Assembly (NCBI GenBank): GCA_965226915.1
Contig: CBDDEJ010000002.1
Location: 102,798 to 166,797 of the forward strand
From: Dehalococcoidia bacterium
GTDB taxonomy: Bacteria; Chloroflexota; Dehalococcoidia; Lucifugimonadales; UBA3495
Direction: 5' to 3'
DNA: 64,000 bases
The notes beneath the pieces are model-generated. The model did no database searches, was not told where the DNA came from, and saw only the letters and a program-made list of their open reading frames with translations. Position 1 is the first letter of the stretch. Each line of letters begins with the position of its first letter. Shown one piece after another: positions 46,163 to 56,642 of the stretch. A program made the position numbers and the translations under genes.

Positions 46163-47065
46163 GTGACTGGTCTTCTTGAAGCTCAAGCTTTAACCAAACA
46201 CTACGGCAACACTATCGCCCTGGAGTCGGTGGACTTTGAGGTCCGAGAAGGGATCACCGGCCTTCTAGGCCCAAACGGCGCGGGCAAAAGCACGGCGATC
46301 AAGCTATTCCTAGGACTTCTAAAGCCTACGTCCGGCTCCGCCACAGTGCTAGGCGAAATGCCTTACGAATCGGTTGAGATTCGGTCGCGCTTGGGCTACA
46401 TGCCCGAAAACGACTGCCTGCCCACCTCTATCACGGCCTCCGAGTTCTTGACCCACATGGCCCAGGTCAGCGGCATCCCTCCCACCTACGCCAGGACCCG
46501 CGCGGCCGACATATTGCGACACGTAGGGTTGGAAGAAGAGCGTTACCGCCCTATTGGCCAATATTCCACCGGGATGAAGCAGCGGGTGAAGCTGGCCCAA
46601 TCTTTGTGTCACGACCCCGTGGTTGCTTTACTGGACGAACCCACCGCGGGACTCGACCCGGGCGGCCGTGAGGACATGCTGCAGCTGATTCGGCGCACCG
46701 GGCGGGAATTCGGCATTAGCATCGTCCTTTCGTCCCATTTGATGGGCGACGTTGAGACCACATGCGACCGGATCATCGTCCTTGAGGGCGGCCATGTCAC
46801 AGAGCAAGGGGCGGTATCTGGGTTCACTCAGGAGACCGAGACCATATTGATCGACGTGGATGACAACCGGGAGGAACTGATCACGGCCTTGGCGGCCCGC
46901 GGAATGATCGCCACGGTCGACGGGATCTCCCTGGCGGTAGTTCTGGCAAACGAAGGCCAGTACGACCAAATCAGGGATGCTCTTGTGGAGACCGGCGCGC
47001 GTCTGCGCCGGATGACCCCGCGCCGCCGCCAGCTTGCCGACATATTTAGGAGCAACCCGCGATGA
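46163..47065 (+). CDS. ABC transporter ATP-binding protein
   Basis: ORF 46028..47065. The probable GTG start at 46163 gives VTGLLEAQALTKHYG... Motifs: Walker A GPNGAGKST, signature YSTGMKQR and Walker B ALLDEPTAGLD. Confidence 0.85.
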   Translation: MTGLLEAQALTKHYGNTIALESVDFEVREGITGLLGPNGAGKSTAIKLFLGLLKPTSGSATVLGEMPYESVEIRSRLGYMPENDCLPTSITASEFLTHMAQVSGIPPTYARTRAADILRHVGLEEERYRPIGQYSTGMKQRVKLAQSLCHDPVVALLDEPTAGLDPGGREDMLQLIRRTGREFGISIVLSSHLMGDVETTCDRIIVLEGGHVTEQGAVSGFTQETETILIDVDDNREELITALAARGMIATVDGISLAVVLANEGQYDQIRDALVETGARLRRMTPRRRQLADIFRSNPR

Positions 47066-47994
47066 CCCAGACATCCGGCGAGTTGTATGACCTAGGGTAT
47101 CAGCACTATCAAGGACCTCGGGAAGGCAGGATGCGGGCTCGCAAGGCCGTATTCGTAGACGGCATTCGCACCATCCTGGGCCTGGGACACGGCGCTCTTG
47201 CCAAGGTGCTTCCCATCTTGCTTTTCGGAGCTGCCATGGCGCCCGCGGTGATAATGGCGGTGATCGCCTCCCTTACCCGGGGTTTGTTGAATCTGCCGGG
47301 TCATGACGATTATTACCAGGTGATCTCTGTTGTCCTCATCATATTTTCGGCGATCATGGCGCCTGAGCTTCTATGCCCAGACCGGCGCAACGGCGTGATT
47401 AGTCTTTATCTGGTCCGTCCGCTGACCACCGGCGACTACGTTGCCGGGCGTTGGCTGGCGTTCTTTACAGTAACATTGCTGTTGGTTTACTCAGGACAGA
47501 TGGTGCTCTTGGCTGGGCTGATACTCTCGGCGGCTGATCCCGTAGACTACCTGCGAGCCAACTGGCTGGACATTCCCCGTATACTCGGCGCCGGTCTCTT
47601 GCTGGCGGCATTCATTACCACGCTGCCTCTGGCAGTGGCTGCGTTCACCAACCGGCGCGCCTACGCCGCTGCCTTCGTCATTGGTCTGTTTATCATCTCG
47701 ACCGCGGCCGCGGATATCCTGACCTCTTGCGACAACCACAACGGACGGTCGAGCGCCGCCGGGTCGGCGGAATGTGAGCCGCTAACCGGGGATCTGGCGA
47801 AGTGGTTCGGCTTGGTCGAAATGGGGAAGGTCCCTACCAACGTGAATAACATGATCTTCGGAAAGGAGGATGAAGGCGGCCAGGCACAGCTAATCTCCGA
47901 GTTGCACTGGATCGTCCCCATAGGATGGTATGTGGTGCTGACCGGCGGGTTAGGGTTCGTCCTTTGGTCCCGATACAAGAGGCTATCCGCGTGA
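47062..47994 (+). CDS. ABC-2-type transporter permease
   Basis: 310-aa ORF overlapping the upstream stop (ATGA). It has about 6 hydrophobic segments. Confidence 0.65.
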   Translation: MTQTSGELYDLGYQHYQGPREGRMRARKAVFVDGIRTILGLGHGALAKVLPILLFGAAMAPAVIMAVIASLTRGLLNLPGHDDYYQVISVVLIIFSAIMAPELLCPDRRNGVISLYLVRPLTTGDYVAGRWLAFFTVTLLLVYSGQMVLLAGLILSAADPVDYLRANWLDIPRILGAGLLLAAFITTLPLAVAAFTNRRAYAAAFVIGLFIISTAAADILTSCDNHNGRSSAAGSAECEPLTGDLAKWFGLVEMGKVPTNVNNMIFGKEDEGGQAQLISELHWIVPIGWYVVLTGGLGFVLWSRYKRLSA

Positions 47995-48935
47995 GCGCAT
48001 CTCAAGCGCAAGATGCGCCTGAATCCATCATAGATGTTCGAAGTGCGTCGAAATGGTTTGGCAACGTCGTCGCCGTGAACGACGTGACGTTTCAGGTGTA
48101 TCCCGGAATAACTGGGCTATTGGGCCCCAACGGCGCCGGCAAGACTACGCTGCTCCACATGATTGCCGGCTTGGCCAAGTGCTCCGACGGCGGCGTGACC
48201 GTTTTGGGAGAACCAGTGCGCGACAATCCGGAGCTATACCGAAGAGTCGGCGTGATGTCGGAGCATGAGGCGGTCTACGGCTTCTACACCGGGCGCCAAT
48301 TCGTTGAGTTTGCCGGCCGGATGCACGGTCTATCCCCGCTGGCACCACCCGTTGACCGAGCTATCGAACTCGTAGGGCTTGCGGATGTCCAAGGCCGCTC
48401 CCTTGGGACGTACTCAAGGGGGATGCGCCAGCGCATGCGGCTGGCGGCCGCCCTTGTCCACGACCCTGAAGTCCTGATCTTGGACGAGCCGCTTAACGGC
48501 ACCGACCCTCGCCAGCGCCTGGAATTTCACGACGCTATGCTCCGCATCGCTGGCGAAGACCGGACAATTCTTATCTCCTCCCACATCTTGGAGGAGGTGG
48601 AGACATTGGCCTCCCGCATCCTCTTGATGGTCAGCGGGAAGCTGGCCGCGGCGGGCGATTTTCGCGTCATCCGAGCCAAGCTGGACGATCAAGCCTACAA
48701 AGTCCGAATTGTGACCGACTCGCCCCGCGCCATGGCCGCCGCCCTAGTGGTCATGGATGAAGTCGATTCCGTGGATCTGAGCCAAGACGACGGTCTGGTC
48801 GCTCTGAGCCGTAACGTTAGCGCGCTGCAGATGTCCATCCCGCGTTTGGCCCAAGAGCACGGTATCCGGTTGATGCGGGTGGAGCCCATGGACGATTCAT
48901 TGGAAAGCATTTTTAGCTACGTGGTGGCGCGCTAG
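47991..48935 (+). CDS. ABC transporter ATP-binding protein (second ATPase)
   Basis: ORF 47925..48935. GTG 47991 overlaps the upstream TGA. Motifs: GPNGAGKTT, YSRGMRQR and LILDEPLNGTD. Confidence 0.85.
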   Translation: MSASQAQDAPESIIDVRSASKWFGNVVAVNDVTFQVYPGITGLLGPNGAGKTTLLHMIAGLAKCSDGGVTVLGEPVRDNPELYRRVGVMSEHEAVYGFYTGRQFVEFAGRMHGLSPLAPPVDRAIELVGLADVQGRSLGTYSRGMRQRMRLAAALVHDPEVLILDEPLNGTDPRQRLEFHDAMLRIAGEDRTILISSHILEEVETLASRILLMVSGKLAAAGDFRVIRAKLDDQAYKVRIVTDSPRAMAAALVVMDEVDSVDLSQDDGLVALSRNVSALQMSIPRLAQEHGIRLMRVEPMDDSLESIFSYVVAR

Positions 48936-49664
48936 GTGGGGATTTTGTTTCGGCAGTCCATGCGTCAATTGACCGGGCGATGGCGGTTGACGATCATATT
49001 CTTGCTGGCCGCTCTGCCGTTTGGACTGGTTTCCATAGCCGGTATTTCGTCCGGCGATTCCGGGTTCTTTGGAGACGACGACTTCATCGATGTTCTGCTC
49101 GACGGTATGTTGGTTGCGGGTATCCTGCCTTTAGTCACAATTGCGCTGTCCACCGCGGCATTCGGCAATGAGTTGGAAGACCGCACCTTGAGTTACCTGA
49201 TGTTGAAACCCGTGGCCCGCTGGCGCATAGCCATGCCCAAGTTGTCGGCGTCCATCGCCATCAGCGGGCCGCTCCTCATCGCGAGTGGTGTTGCCACGAC
49301 CCTGTTCGGGTTCGAAGGTAGTCTTCGGGCGGCGTTGGCCGTGGGAGCGGCTATGATTGCCGGTGTGGCGGCCTACACGGCGATTTTCACCTGGTTGGGT
49401 CTGATCGCGAACCGCGCTGTCGCTTTCGCGCTGATCTACGTACTGCTGTGGGAAGGAGTCATTGGGTCTTTCATCAACGGCGTCAGCTACCTGAGCGTGC
49501 GTGGCTACACGTTGGCCATAATGTACGGGATCAACGAAACGGGCTTTGAATCGCTGGGACCGAGGGTGATCGAGCTTCCTGCAGGAATCGTAGGCGCTGC
49601 CGGCGTGACGGTGGTGTTTTCGCTTCTGGTGGTGCGCCAGTTGCGCCGGATGGACGTGCCTTAG
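48936..49664 (+). CDS. ABC-2-type transporter permease (second)
   Basis: 242-aa ORF abutting the previous stop. It is a multi-pass hydrophobic protein. Confidence 0.65.
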   Translation: MGILFRQSMRQLTGRWRLTIIFLLAALPFGLVSIAGISSGDSGFFGDDDFIDVLLDGMLVAGILPLVTIALSTAAFGNELEDRTLSYLMLKPVARWRIAMPKLSASIAISGPLLIASGVATTLFGFEGSLRAALAVGAAMIAGVAAYTAIFTWLGLIANRAVAFALIYVLLWEGVIGSFINGVSYLSVRGYTLAIMYGINETGFESLGPRVIELPAGIVGAAGVTVVFSLLVVRQLRRMDVP

Positions 49665-50004
49665 GGGTTTGGCGGTAGACCTGGTGTTTCATAATCCGTT
49701 ACGTCCCTCAGCGGTAGCTCCTCGCCCTTGACTCCCCTCCCACAGAGCCTATCTTCTGTTGGTCAAAATGATATGTCAGCTTGGCTGATGTAACACTTCG
49801 TAAGTGCATATGCACTATTGACCAGCTATGGCTTGCGACATACTTCCTTTTAGTTTCGTGGTTATTATTAAAGCGTTACGTTAATCAATGAACGAGACGA
49901 TTTCCCTAAATGAAGGAATCCCCTGCCATCCGATGATCGATATCTCACGAATGCCAAAAAAAATATAACGGCGCTAGTTACGCAAAGTTTCTAGGAGGCA
50001 AGTT

Positions 50005-51026
50005 ATGAAGCGGCACAAGATTGGAATAGCGATCCTGGCGGCTGTAATGCTGGCAGGGGCGTTCGCCGCCGTGGCAGCCGCCGCGGCCCCGGATACCGAG
50101 GTGAAGAAGCTCACTGCCTCCGACGCACAGGCCGACCACAACTTCGGATTTAGCGTGGCAGTCAGTGGAGATACGGCCGTCGTGGGGGCAGCTGGCGACG
50201 ACGCAGGGGGCAGCGACGCCGGCGCCGCCTACGTCTTCGGGCAGGGCGAGGGTGGCGCCGCCAACTGGGGGCAGGTGAAGAAGCTCACCGCATCCGATGC
50301 TCAGGACTTCGACCGGCTTGGGGCTAGCGTAGCCCTCAGCGGCGATACGGCTGTTGTGGGGGCGATCACTGAAGATGCCGGTGGCAGCCGACGCCGGCGC
50401 GGCCTATGTCTTCCAGCGCGACCAGGGGGGAGTAGATAACTGGGGCCAGGTGAAAAAGCTGATCGCCTCCGACGCCCAAGCCTCAGACCAGTTTGGGTTC
50501 AGCGCGGCGGCCAGCGGCGACGTCACCATCGTGGGGGCAAACGGCGAGGATGCCGGTGGCGGCAACGCTGGCGCTGTTTACATCTTTCAGCGCGACCAGG
50601 GCAGCGCCGACAACTGGGGCGAGGTGAAGAAGCTCACCGCCTCTGACGCCCAGACCAACGATTTCTTCGGCTGGTCAGTATCAATCAGCAACGACACCGT
50701 CGTCGTGGGGGCAAACGGGGAAGACGCCGGGGGCAGTGACGCCGGCGCCGCCTACGTCTTCGAGCAGGACGAGGGTGGCGCCAACAACTGGGGCCAGGTG
50801 AAGAAGCTCACCGCATCCGACGCCCAGTGTTGCGACCGGTTCGGAATTAGCGTGGCGATCAGCGGCGAGACCGCTGTTGTTGGTGCGAACGTCGAGGATG
50901 CCGGGGGTAGCACGAACGCCGGCGCCGCTTACGTCTTTCGGCGGGACGAAGGGGGCGCGGGCAACTGGGGCGAGACCAAGAAGCCCACCGCCTCCGATGC
51001 CCAAGCCTTCGACCGGTTCGGAAATA
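50005..51026 (+). pseudogene. Secreted FG-GAP-like repeat / PKD-domain surface protein, 5' part (1-nt insertion, then IS66 insertion)
   Basis: Signal peptide is MKRHKIGIAILAAVMLAGAFAAVAAA. Then come 174-bp (58-aa) repeats of the form KKLTASDAQ..D.FG.SVA.SGDT.VVGA..DDAGGSDAGAAYVF. The repeat containing the extra C at ~50388 is 175 bp long. Confidence 0.75.
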
Positions 51027-52455
51027 GAAACTGTTCAGAGTTGAGGGGAAGTGAGCAACCGGCGGCATTCCAGGAGGGGATTGAGACCTCTGGCCCGCCA
51101 GGTGCCAAAGAGGGATGCCAAGGTCATCTTGCTGTCGGCGCCCTGCCCTGAGCGGGCGCCGCCGCTGATCTTGCGACTGGTTACCAGATGCCGCAGGCTC
51201 CGCTCGGCGGCGTTGTTGTCTGAGGGCACGGCTGGGTCCGACACGAAGACAAACAGTTCCTTGATGAACCGTTCCATGCGCCGGCAGAGCTTGGCCTGAA
51301 CCGCCAGGGGATCTTTAAGGAAAGGCCGCGCCAAGACCATTAGTTTCTCCTCCAGCATTAGCTGGGTGCGATGGCCTGGCTGGGCTCGGGGAAGGACCGA
51401 GGCCTTGGCCTCCGTGTAGACCTGGTGAACCGCCTCGGCCCACTGAGCCAGCCCAGCGTCTTCTGGGTACAACCCTTTCAGGTCATGGATATCCCGCAGC
51501 AGATGAGCCCAGCACCGTTGCTTCAGGCCCGGGTAGTGGTTATAGGCCGCGTAGAAATCACTGACCAACACTCCGCTGAAGGAGAAATCCAGCACCTCAT
51601 CCACCACCCCCTTATCCCGACCCCGACGCAGGAAGTATCGTTCGCTGGGAGTGCTGAAGGTCCAAACATAGCCGTTGCTCCCGTCCTGGCGCCAGCCGGT
51701 TTCGTCGCCCTGCACCACGGGACTGGCGCGGACTTGCTCGAGCACCTCTCGCACCGCCGTCTCAGCCTGACGGGCTACTCCATGGACGGCCTGGACGATG
51801 GCGCCAACACTCAGGTGCAACTGATGGACGCTCTCCAGGTACCATTGGATGATTCTTATGGGCAACCGTCCCTCCTCCCGCAGGGTCACCATCAGGCTTA
51901 CCAGATTGACCCCCAGGCGCTGCTGGCCCAGAACCACCCCCTGCAGGGCCTCTTTGGGCAGCCGGCGCCGCTGGCATACCGGACAGATGCGGGCTACCAG
52001 GGCGTGCTCGGTCACTTCTACCGGAGCCAGGTAGCTCAATGACTTCCCGAGTTCGCTGTACCCATCCGCCGTTCAGGTGAGTCCCGCAGTCGGGACAGAC
52101 CGCCACGGCATGCTCCACCCGCCGGGTAGGAGTCATGCGCTGGCGGGCGAAGCCATGGCGGCGCGGCTTTCTGGGCTCCTTTTTCTCCGGCGCTTGCCGG
52201 CTGGAGTGCGGCTGATTACCCGGCATCCCCGACGACCCGCGCCGGTTGGGACGGGATTCCAGAACCCCAATCCGCCTTTGCAAATCGGCAATGACTCCCC
52301 GCTGGCCGGCAATTATCTCCAGCAGAGTTTCGCCACTCGCCGCGTTCAGGTCTAGTTCAGTGTCCACCTCCCTGGTATGCCACAACTCCCCCGGCCATGC
52401 CAGCGTTTTTCCAACGGCTTTGAGCCAATTCACCTCATCAAGTCTGAACAGTTAC
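51027..52455 (-). mobile_element. IS66-family (ISBst12-like, single-ORF) insertion sequence with 8-bp TSD CGGAAATA
   Basis: The TSD lies at 51019-51026 and 52456-52463. The IRs are GAAACTGTTCAGAGTTGAGGGG and GTAACTGTTCAGACTTGATGAGG (reverse complement of the right end). Confidence 0.85.
51035..52433 (-). pseudogene. IS66-family transposase (TnpC-type), one frameshift
   Basis: ORF 51762..52433 has a leucine-zipper-like N-terminus, ...CPDCGTHL...REVIELP. ORF 51035..52039 has APVEVTEHALVARICPVCQ...VVQGDETGWRQDG...VSDFYAAY... The frame changes at ~52025. Confidence 0.8.
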
Positions 52456-53583
52456 CGGAAATAGCGTGGTCAGCGGCGAAATCGCCGTCGTCGGGGCATC
52501 CCGCGAGGACGAAAAGGCCAGTGATGCCGGCGCCGCCTACGTCTTCGGGCCAGAGTTCACCAACACGGCATCTGCGGTTAGCGCCGACACCGCGACCGTG
52601 ACCGTGGACGAAGGCCAGACTGCCGAAAACACGGGGACGGTCAGCGACGACGACGGCGACACGGTGGCGCTATCCGCATCGGTGGGCAGCGTGACCAATA
52701 ACAACGACGGCACCTGGTCCTGGAGCTTCGACAACAGCGACGGCCCGGCGGAGGGCGACACGGTCACCATCGATGCCGACGACGGCAACGGCGGCATCGA
52801 CAGCGTCGAATTTGAGCTGGTCGTGAATAACGTCGCTCCGTCGGTGGACTCGGTCACCGTGCCCGCGGACCCCGTGGACATCAACGACCAGCCCTTGAGC
52901 GCCAGCGCCACGTTCAGCGACCCGGCGGATACCGCCGACGAAACCTACACCTGTACCGTGGATTACGACGACGGAGCCGGTTCCCAGGAGGGCACAGTTT
53001 CTGGGACTACATGCACCGGGCCTGACCAGACCTATGCCGACCCGGGGGTCTACCGGGTGACCGTGGAAGTCACCGACAAAGACGGCGATTCGGGCGACGC
53101 GGGCGCTACCAGTTCATCGTGGTCTACGACCCCTCCGGCGGCTTCGTCACCGGCGGAGGCTGGATAAACTCACCGGCAGGCGCATACATCGCAGATGAGA
53201 CGTTGACCGGCAAGGCCAACTTTGGGTTCGTCTCCAAGTACAAGAAAGGCGCCACCGCCCCGACGGGCAAGACCGAGTTCCAGTTCAAGGCCGGTGACCT
53301 GAACTTCCACAGTTCCAGCTACGACTGGCTGGTCATCGCCGGACACAAAGCCATGTACAAGGGAACGGGGACCATCGACGGCGCAGGCAACTACGGATTC
53401 CAGCTCAGCGCCGTCGATGCCTCGTTGACACCCTCCACCGACGTCGATCTGTTCCGGATCCGGATGTGGGACAAGGACGACGGCGACGCGTTGGTATTCG
53501 ACAACAAAGTGAGTGAGCCTGACCCCAGTGCTGACCCCGCGACAGCCATCGGCGGCGGGAGCATAGTGATCCACAAGAGGTAG
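52456..53583 (+). pseudogene. FG-GAP/PKD surface protein, 3' part (resumes after IS66; one further frameshift at ~53100)
   Basis: ORFs 52466..53167 and 53119..53583. ...NSVVSGEIAVVGASREDEKASDAGAAYVF continues the interrupted repeat. PKD-like segments follow (FSDPADTADETYTCTVDYDDG...YADPGVYRVTVEVTDKDG), then YQFIVVYDPSGGFVTGGGWI in the next frame. Confidence 0.7.
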
Positions 53584-53607
53584 CACTGGCTTCGTCGTCT
53601 TCACGAT

Positions 53608-53639
53608 AGAGGCCTTGCGACTGCAGGGCCTCTTTTTTC
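53608..53639 (+). terminator. Rho-independent terminator
   Basis: AGAGGCCTTGC-gact-GCAGGGCCTCT followed by TTTTT, 25 nt after the stop at 53583. Confidence 0.7.
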
Positions 53640-54076
53640 GGAGAGTGAGGTTTCAATCCTACAAATCGAGATCGAGGCCGAAGAGGTTGCCATCGCCATT
53701 TCCGCATAGATCTACGAACTCGGTTCGGACACGTCAGTGAGATTCCTGCAGTTGGGCTCAGGCCCGGGGTTGACGCTAGACGTTGATCTTCCGGAAGGAA
53801 TCTACAATATGGCCGTGTTGGGGATGTGGCCAGATGGCGACATCTCCTATGAGTTCAGGATAGAAGTCTCCCCAGGATAAAGGCCGCTCCGCGTCATGCC
53901 GTTCTCTGACAAATACCTCATCGGGTCTAAGATCCCGAAAAATCGTTTTAATCTGGGAATCCCGGTCCAAACGTGAAGGTAGCTGAGTTGATTTCTTAAG
54001 CTATAATTTTCAGCAACGAAGAGACTGGCGCATTTCGGAGCGCCGGTGCTTACTCAAATTAACTATAGGACATGAA

Positions 54077-55102
54077 ATGTTCAGCTTCCGCGGGTTACGG
54101 CTGTTGGCTATAGTACTGGCGCCTATGCTAGTCGGTTTGAGCTTAAGTTGCGGCTTAGATTCCGGAGAACGGATCGCCTTTGTTTCATCTATCGGCGGCG
54201 ACGAAGAGGTGGTTCTGCTGGACCCGGATAGCCGGGAGATCACTGTTCTGACTGAAAACGGCGGCCAGGATTTTAGCCCCCGTTGGTCACCCGACGGTGA
54301 AGTCATCGCATACATTTCCAGCGATGGCGGAAATAACGAGGTCAGGCTGGCGGACCCGCAAGAAGATATCATCATCACTCGGCTGACTAGTGCCATAGGG
54401 GACGACCAGTCCCTAGATTGGTCACCCGATGGACGGCGCCTGGCGTTCATATCGGAACGGGACGGTAACCCTGAACTTTATCTCATGAACGCGGATGGGA
54501 GCAACCAGAATCGACTCACTTCGACTTCCGCCCAGGAACGGCTTGGCGACTGGTCTCCCAATGGTATTTGGCTAGTGTTCTCGCGCAGTGGCGCCGAATC
54601 CGAAGACGGGCTTTGGCTGCGCAACCCAGATGGGGTAAATCTGATCCAACTAACCCAGGGCCAGGACTCCGATCCGGCTTGGTCTGCCGATGGCCAACAC
54701 GTCGCGTTCGTCCGCAGTGACCGCGGAAACTCCGATATCTATATCGCCAGCCGGTTGACGGGAGGCACTTGGCAGGACGCCACCGAGCTAACCCGCCTCA
54801 CCCAGCACCAGTCAGAAGATCTGGCGCCCGCTTGGTCCCTGGAAAGCCAGATTCTTGTTTTCGTTTCTTATCGCGACGGCAACGCCGAGATATACACAAC
54901 GTGGAAGGATGGCTCCAATCAGCGCCGGCTAACCAGCAACGAGGCGGATGATTTGGACCCGGTGTGGTCGCCTGGAGGCGGGCGGATCGCTTTCGTATCT
55001 CATTTGTACGGCCCTGGGGAAATATTCGTCATGAATGCCGATGGCCGCAACCAGCTGCGCCTGACCAACAACGGTGTTGAGGACCGTTCTCCTGATTGGT
55101 AG
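54077..55102 (+). CDS. TolB-like WD40/PD40 beta-propeller repeat protein
   Basis: 341-aa ORF with a signal peptide plus repeated DWSPDGRRLAFISERDGNPELYLMNADGSNQNRLT-type PD40 units. Confidence 0.8.
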   Translation: MFSFRGLRLLAIVLAPMLVGLSLSCGLDSGERIAFVSSIGGDEEVVLLDPDSREITVLTENGGQDFSPRWSPDGEVIAYISSDGGNNEVRLADPQEDIIITRLTSAIGDDQSLDWSPDGRRLAFISERDGNPELYLMNADGSNQNRLTSTSAQERLGDWSPNGIWLVFSRSGAESEDGLWLRNPDGVNLIQLTQGQDSDPAWSADGQHVAFVRSDRGNSDIYIASRLTGGTWQDATELTRLTQHQSEDLAPAWSLESQILVFVSYRDGNAEIYTTWKDGSNQRRLTSNEADDLDPVWSPGGGRIAFVSHLYGPGEIFVMNADGRNQLRLTNNGVEDRSPDW

Positions 55103-55156
55103 CCTTGGCCGATCTTTGCGAGCTTCACAGGAGCCGCCTAGCTAGGAGAAATATCC

Positions 55157-55315
55157 ATGACTAACGTTCAAGTCCGGCTGCTGGCTTTCTCCATCGCCCT
55201 GATCGCGGGCGCCCTGGCCGCCACCGACAACCTCAATGTCAACGTCGGCCTTTTGATCATCATCGTAAGCGCGGCGCTTTTTGTGGCGGATTATATTCGT
55301 TGCCAGCGCCAATAG
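55157..55315 (+). CDS. Small hypothetical membrane protein (52 aa; below the ORF-track cutoff)
   Basis: AGGAGAA sits 7 nt before the ATG. The protein is MTNVQVRLLAFSIALIAGALAATDNLNVNVGLLIIIVSAALFVADYIRCQRQ*, with two hydrophobic helices. Confidence 0.35.
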   Translation: MTNVQVRLLAFSIALIAGALAATDNLNVNVGLLIIIVSAALFVADYIRCQRQ

Positions 55316-55425
55316 CAGGCGCAAGGACTTGTAATGTTGGCCGGGGAGCCAACATAGACACCCGAAACCGCCGTAGTTGAAGCCAGAGTTGAAGCCGTAG
55401 TTGAAGTAGGCGGGCAGTCCCCAAC

Positions 55426-56571
55426 CTATCCTCCGGCATAGAGCCGGTTCAGGTTTGCGTGGCGGCCCGGGTCCAGGTCTTTTCCTAACAGGGCCGGATG
55501 GTCGGGACCGTACCTGTGGACTCGGAACACTGAGTTGACCATTCCCGAAGCGCTGCCGCCACCGCCCCGTCCGCTGGGCGCCAAGACCGGGTTCACGTAT
55601 TCCCAGACGATCTCATTACTCGGTGTCACCTCGAAAAAGCGGCCGGGAGCGCCCTCGCAAATAAGCGTGTTGCCGTTGGGCAGCCGCTGGGCGCCGCTTA
55701 TGTGGTAGCTATAAAAGGAAATGGGAGGGTCGCCTTGGTACTCCCAAGCGATCTCGTTGGTGGCCGGGTCAACCTCGATCACCCGGGAATGACTGAATCC
55801 CGGACGGTGGGGGCCATTGTCGAACAATAAGACGCGCCCGTTGTCCAAGAAAGTGGGATTGTGTTGATGGGAGATCTCGCCAGGGCCCCACTTCCAAGTG
55901 AAATCGCCGGTTTTTTTGTCCACGATTCCGATGGTGCTGGTCTGCCTGAAGCTGACCAAAAGATCACCATCACCCGTGACTGAAAGGGCGTTCTCGTGGG
56001 TCCATTCGTGGCGGCCCTCCAACCAGCAAATGACGTCTTCTTCCGGATCCAGATGCTCCCAGCTTCGCCACTCCATGGCCACCGCGCCGTTCGGCGTGAT
56101 CTCCCTGACAACGTCGCCCCACATCTCATCCGGGTCGTCGTCTCTCTTGAATCCGCCCTGCACCTGAGCGGCCAGCTCATCGGGTATGGGCGCCCACATC
56201 AAGATCAGCGTGTTGCCGTTGGGCAGACGCTCGAAATCGTGGTGGGGAAACATATCAGGGCTCCGGTGCTCCCAAACCACATTGCCATCCCAGTCGACCT
56301 CCTGGATGGCTGCCGCCGACCGGCCCATCAACGGATGGGAATCCGCAGGCAGGTTCTTGGGGCCGCCGGTGCGCAACAGCATGTTTCCATTTTCCAGCAG
56401 ATAGGAGTAACCGTTGCCTTGGGGCAGGTTCCACCGGTGGCAGATGCGTCCTTCCATGTCAATCAACAAAGACTCGCCCCCGCCCGTAGTCGTGACCAGC
56501 GTGTAGCCGCGATAGCTGTGGTGCGGCGAGTAGTGGATGAGCCCCTTGGCGTGATTGGCAGACCAACCCAT
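55426..56571 (-). CDS. Arylsulfotransferase (ASST)-like beta-propeller protein
   Basis: 381-aa ORF. ...LLENGNMLL..., HHDFERLPNGNTLILMW and ...LPNGNTLICEG fit the pattern of the ASST/Arylsulfotran_2 family. Confidence 0.5.
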   Translation of the reverse strand: MGWSANHAKGLIHYSPHHSYRGYTLVTTTGGGESLLIDMEGRICHRWNLPQGNGYSYLLENGNMLLRTGGPKNLPADSHPLMGRSAAAIQEVDWDGNVVWEHRSPDMFPHHDFERLPNGNTLILMWAPIPDELAAQVQGGFKRDDDPDEMWGDVVREITPNGAVAMEWRSWEHLDPEEDVICWLEGRHEWTHENALSVTGDGDLLVSFRQTSTIGIVDKKTGDFTWKWGPGEISHQHNPTFLDNGRVLLFDNGPHRPGFSHSRVIEVDPATNEIAWEYQGDPPISFYSYHISGAQRLPNGNTLICEGAPGRFFEVTPSNEIVWEYVNPVLAPSGRGGGGSASGMVNSVFRVHRYGPDHPALLGKDLDPGRHANLNRLYAGG

Positions 56572-56642
56572 AGATACTTCTCCCTTTGAGTGAATGGTCC
56601 CTAACCGAGTCTGGCGATATAAATTCCCGGCGGTTCAGAGGA

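Noticed and set aside
53710-53970. Competing small ORFs: the minus 64-aa ORF 53776..53970 versus a plus-strand open frame reading ...LQLGSGPGLTLDVDLPEGIYNMAVLGMWPDGDISYEFRIEVSPG*
   Set aside because: The plus frame looks protein-like but has no start codon after the stop at 53707. The minus ORF has no recognisable features. This may be a gene fragment, and I cannot support either call.
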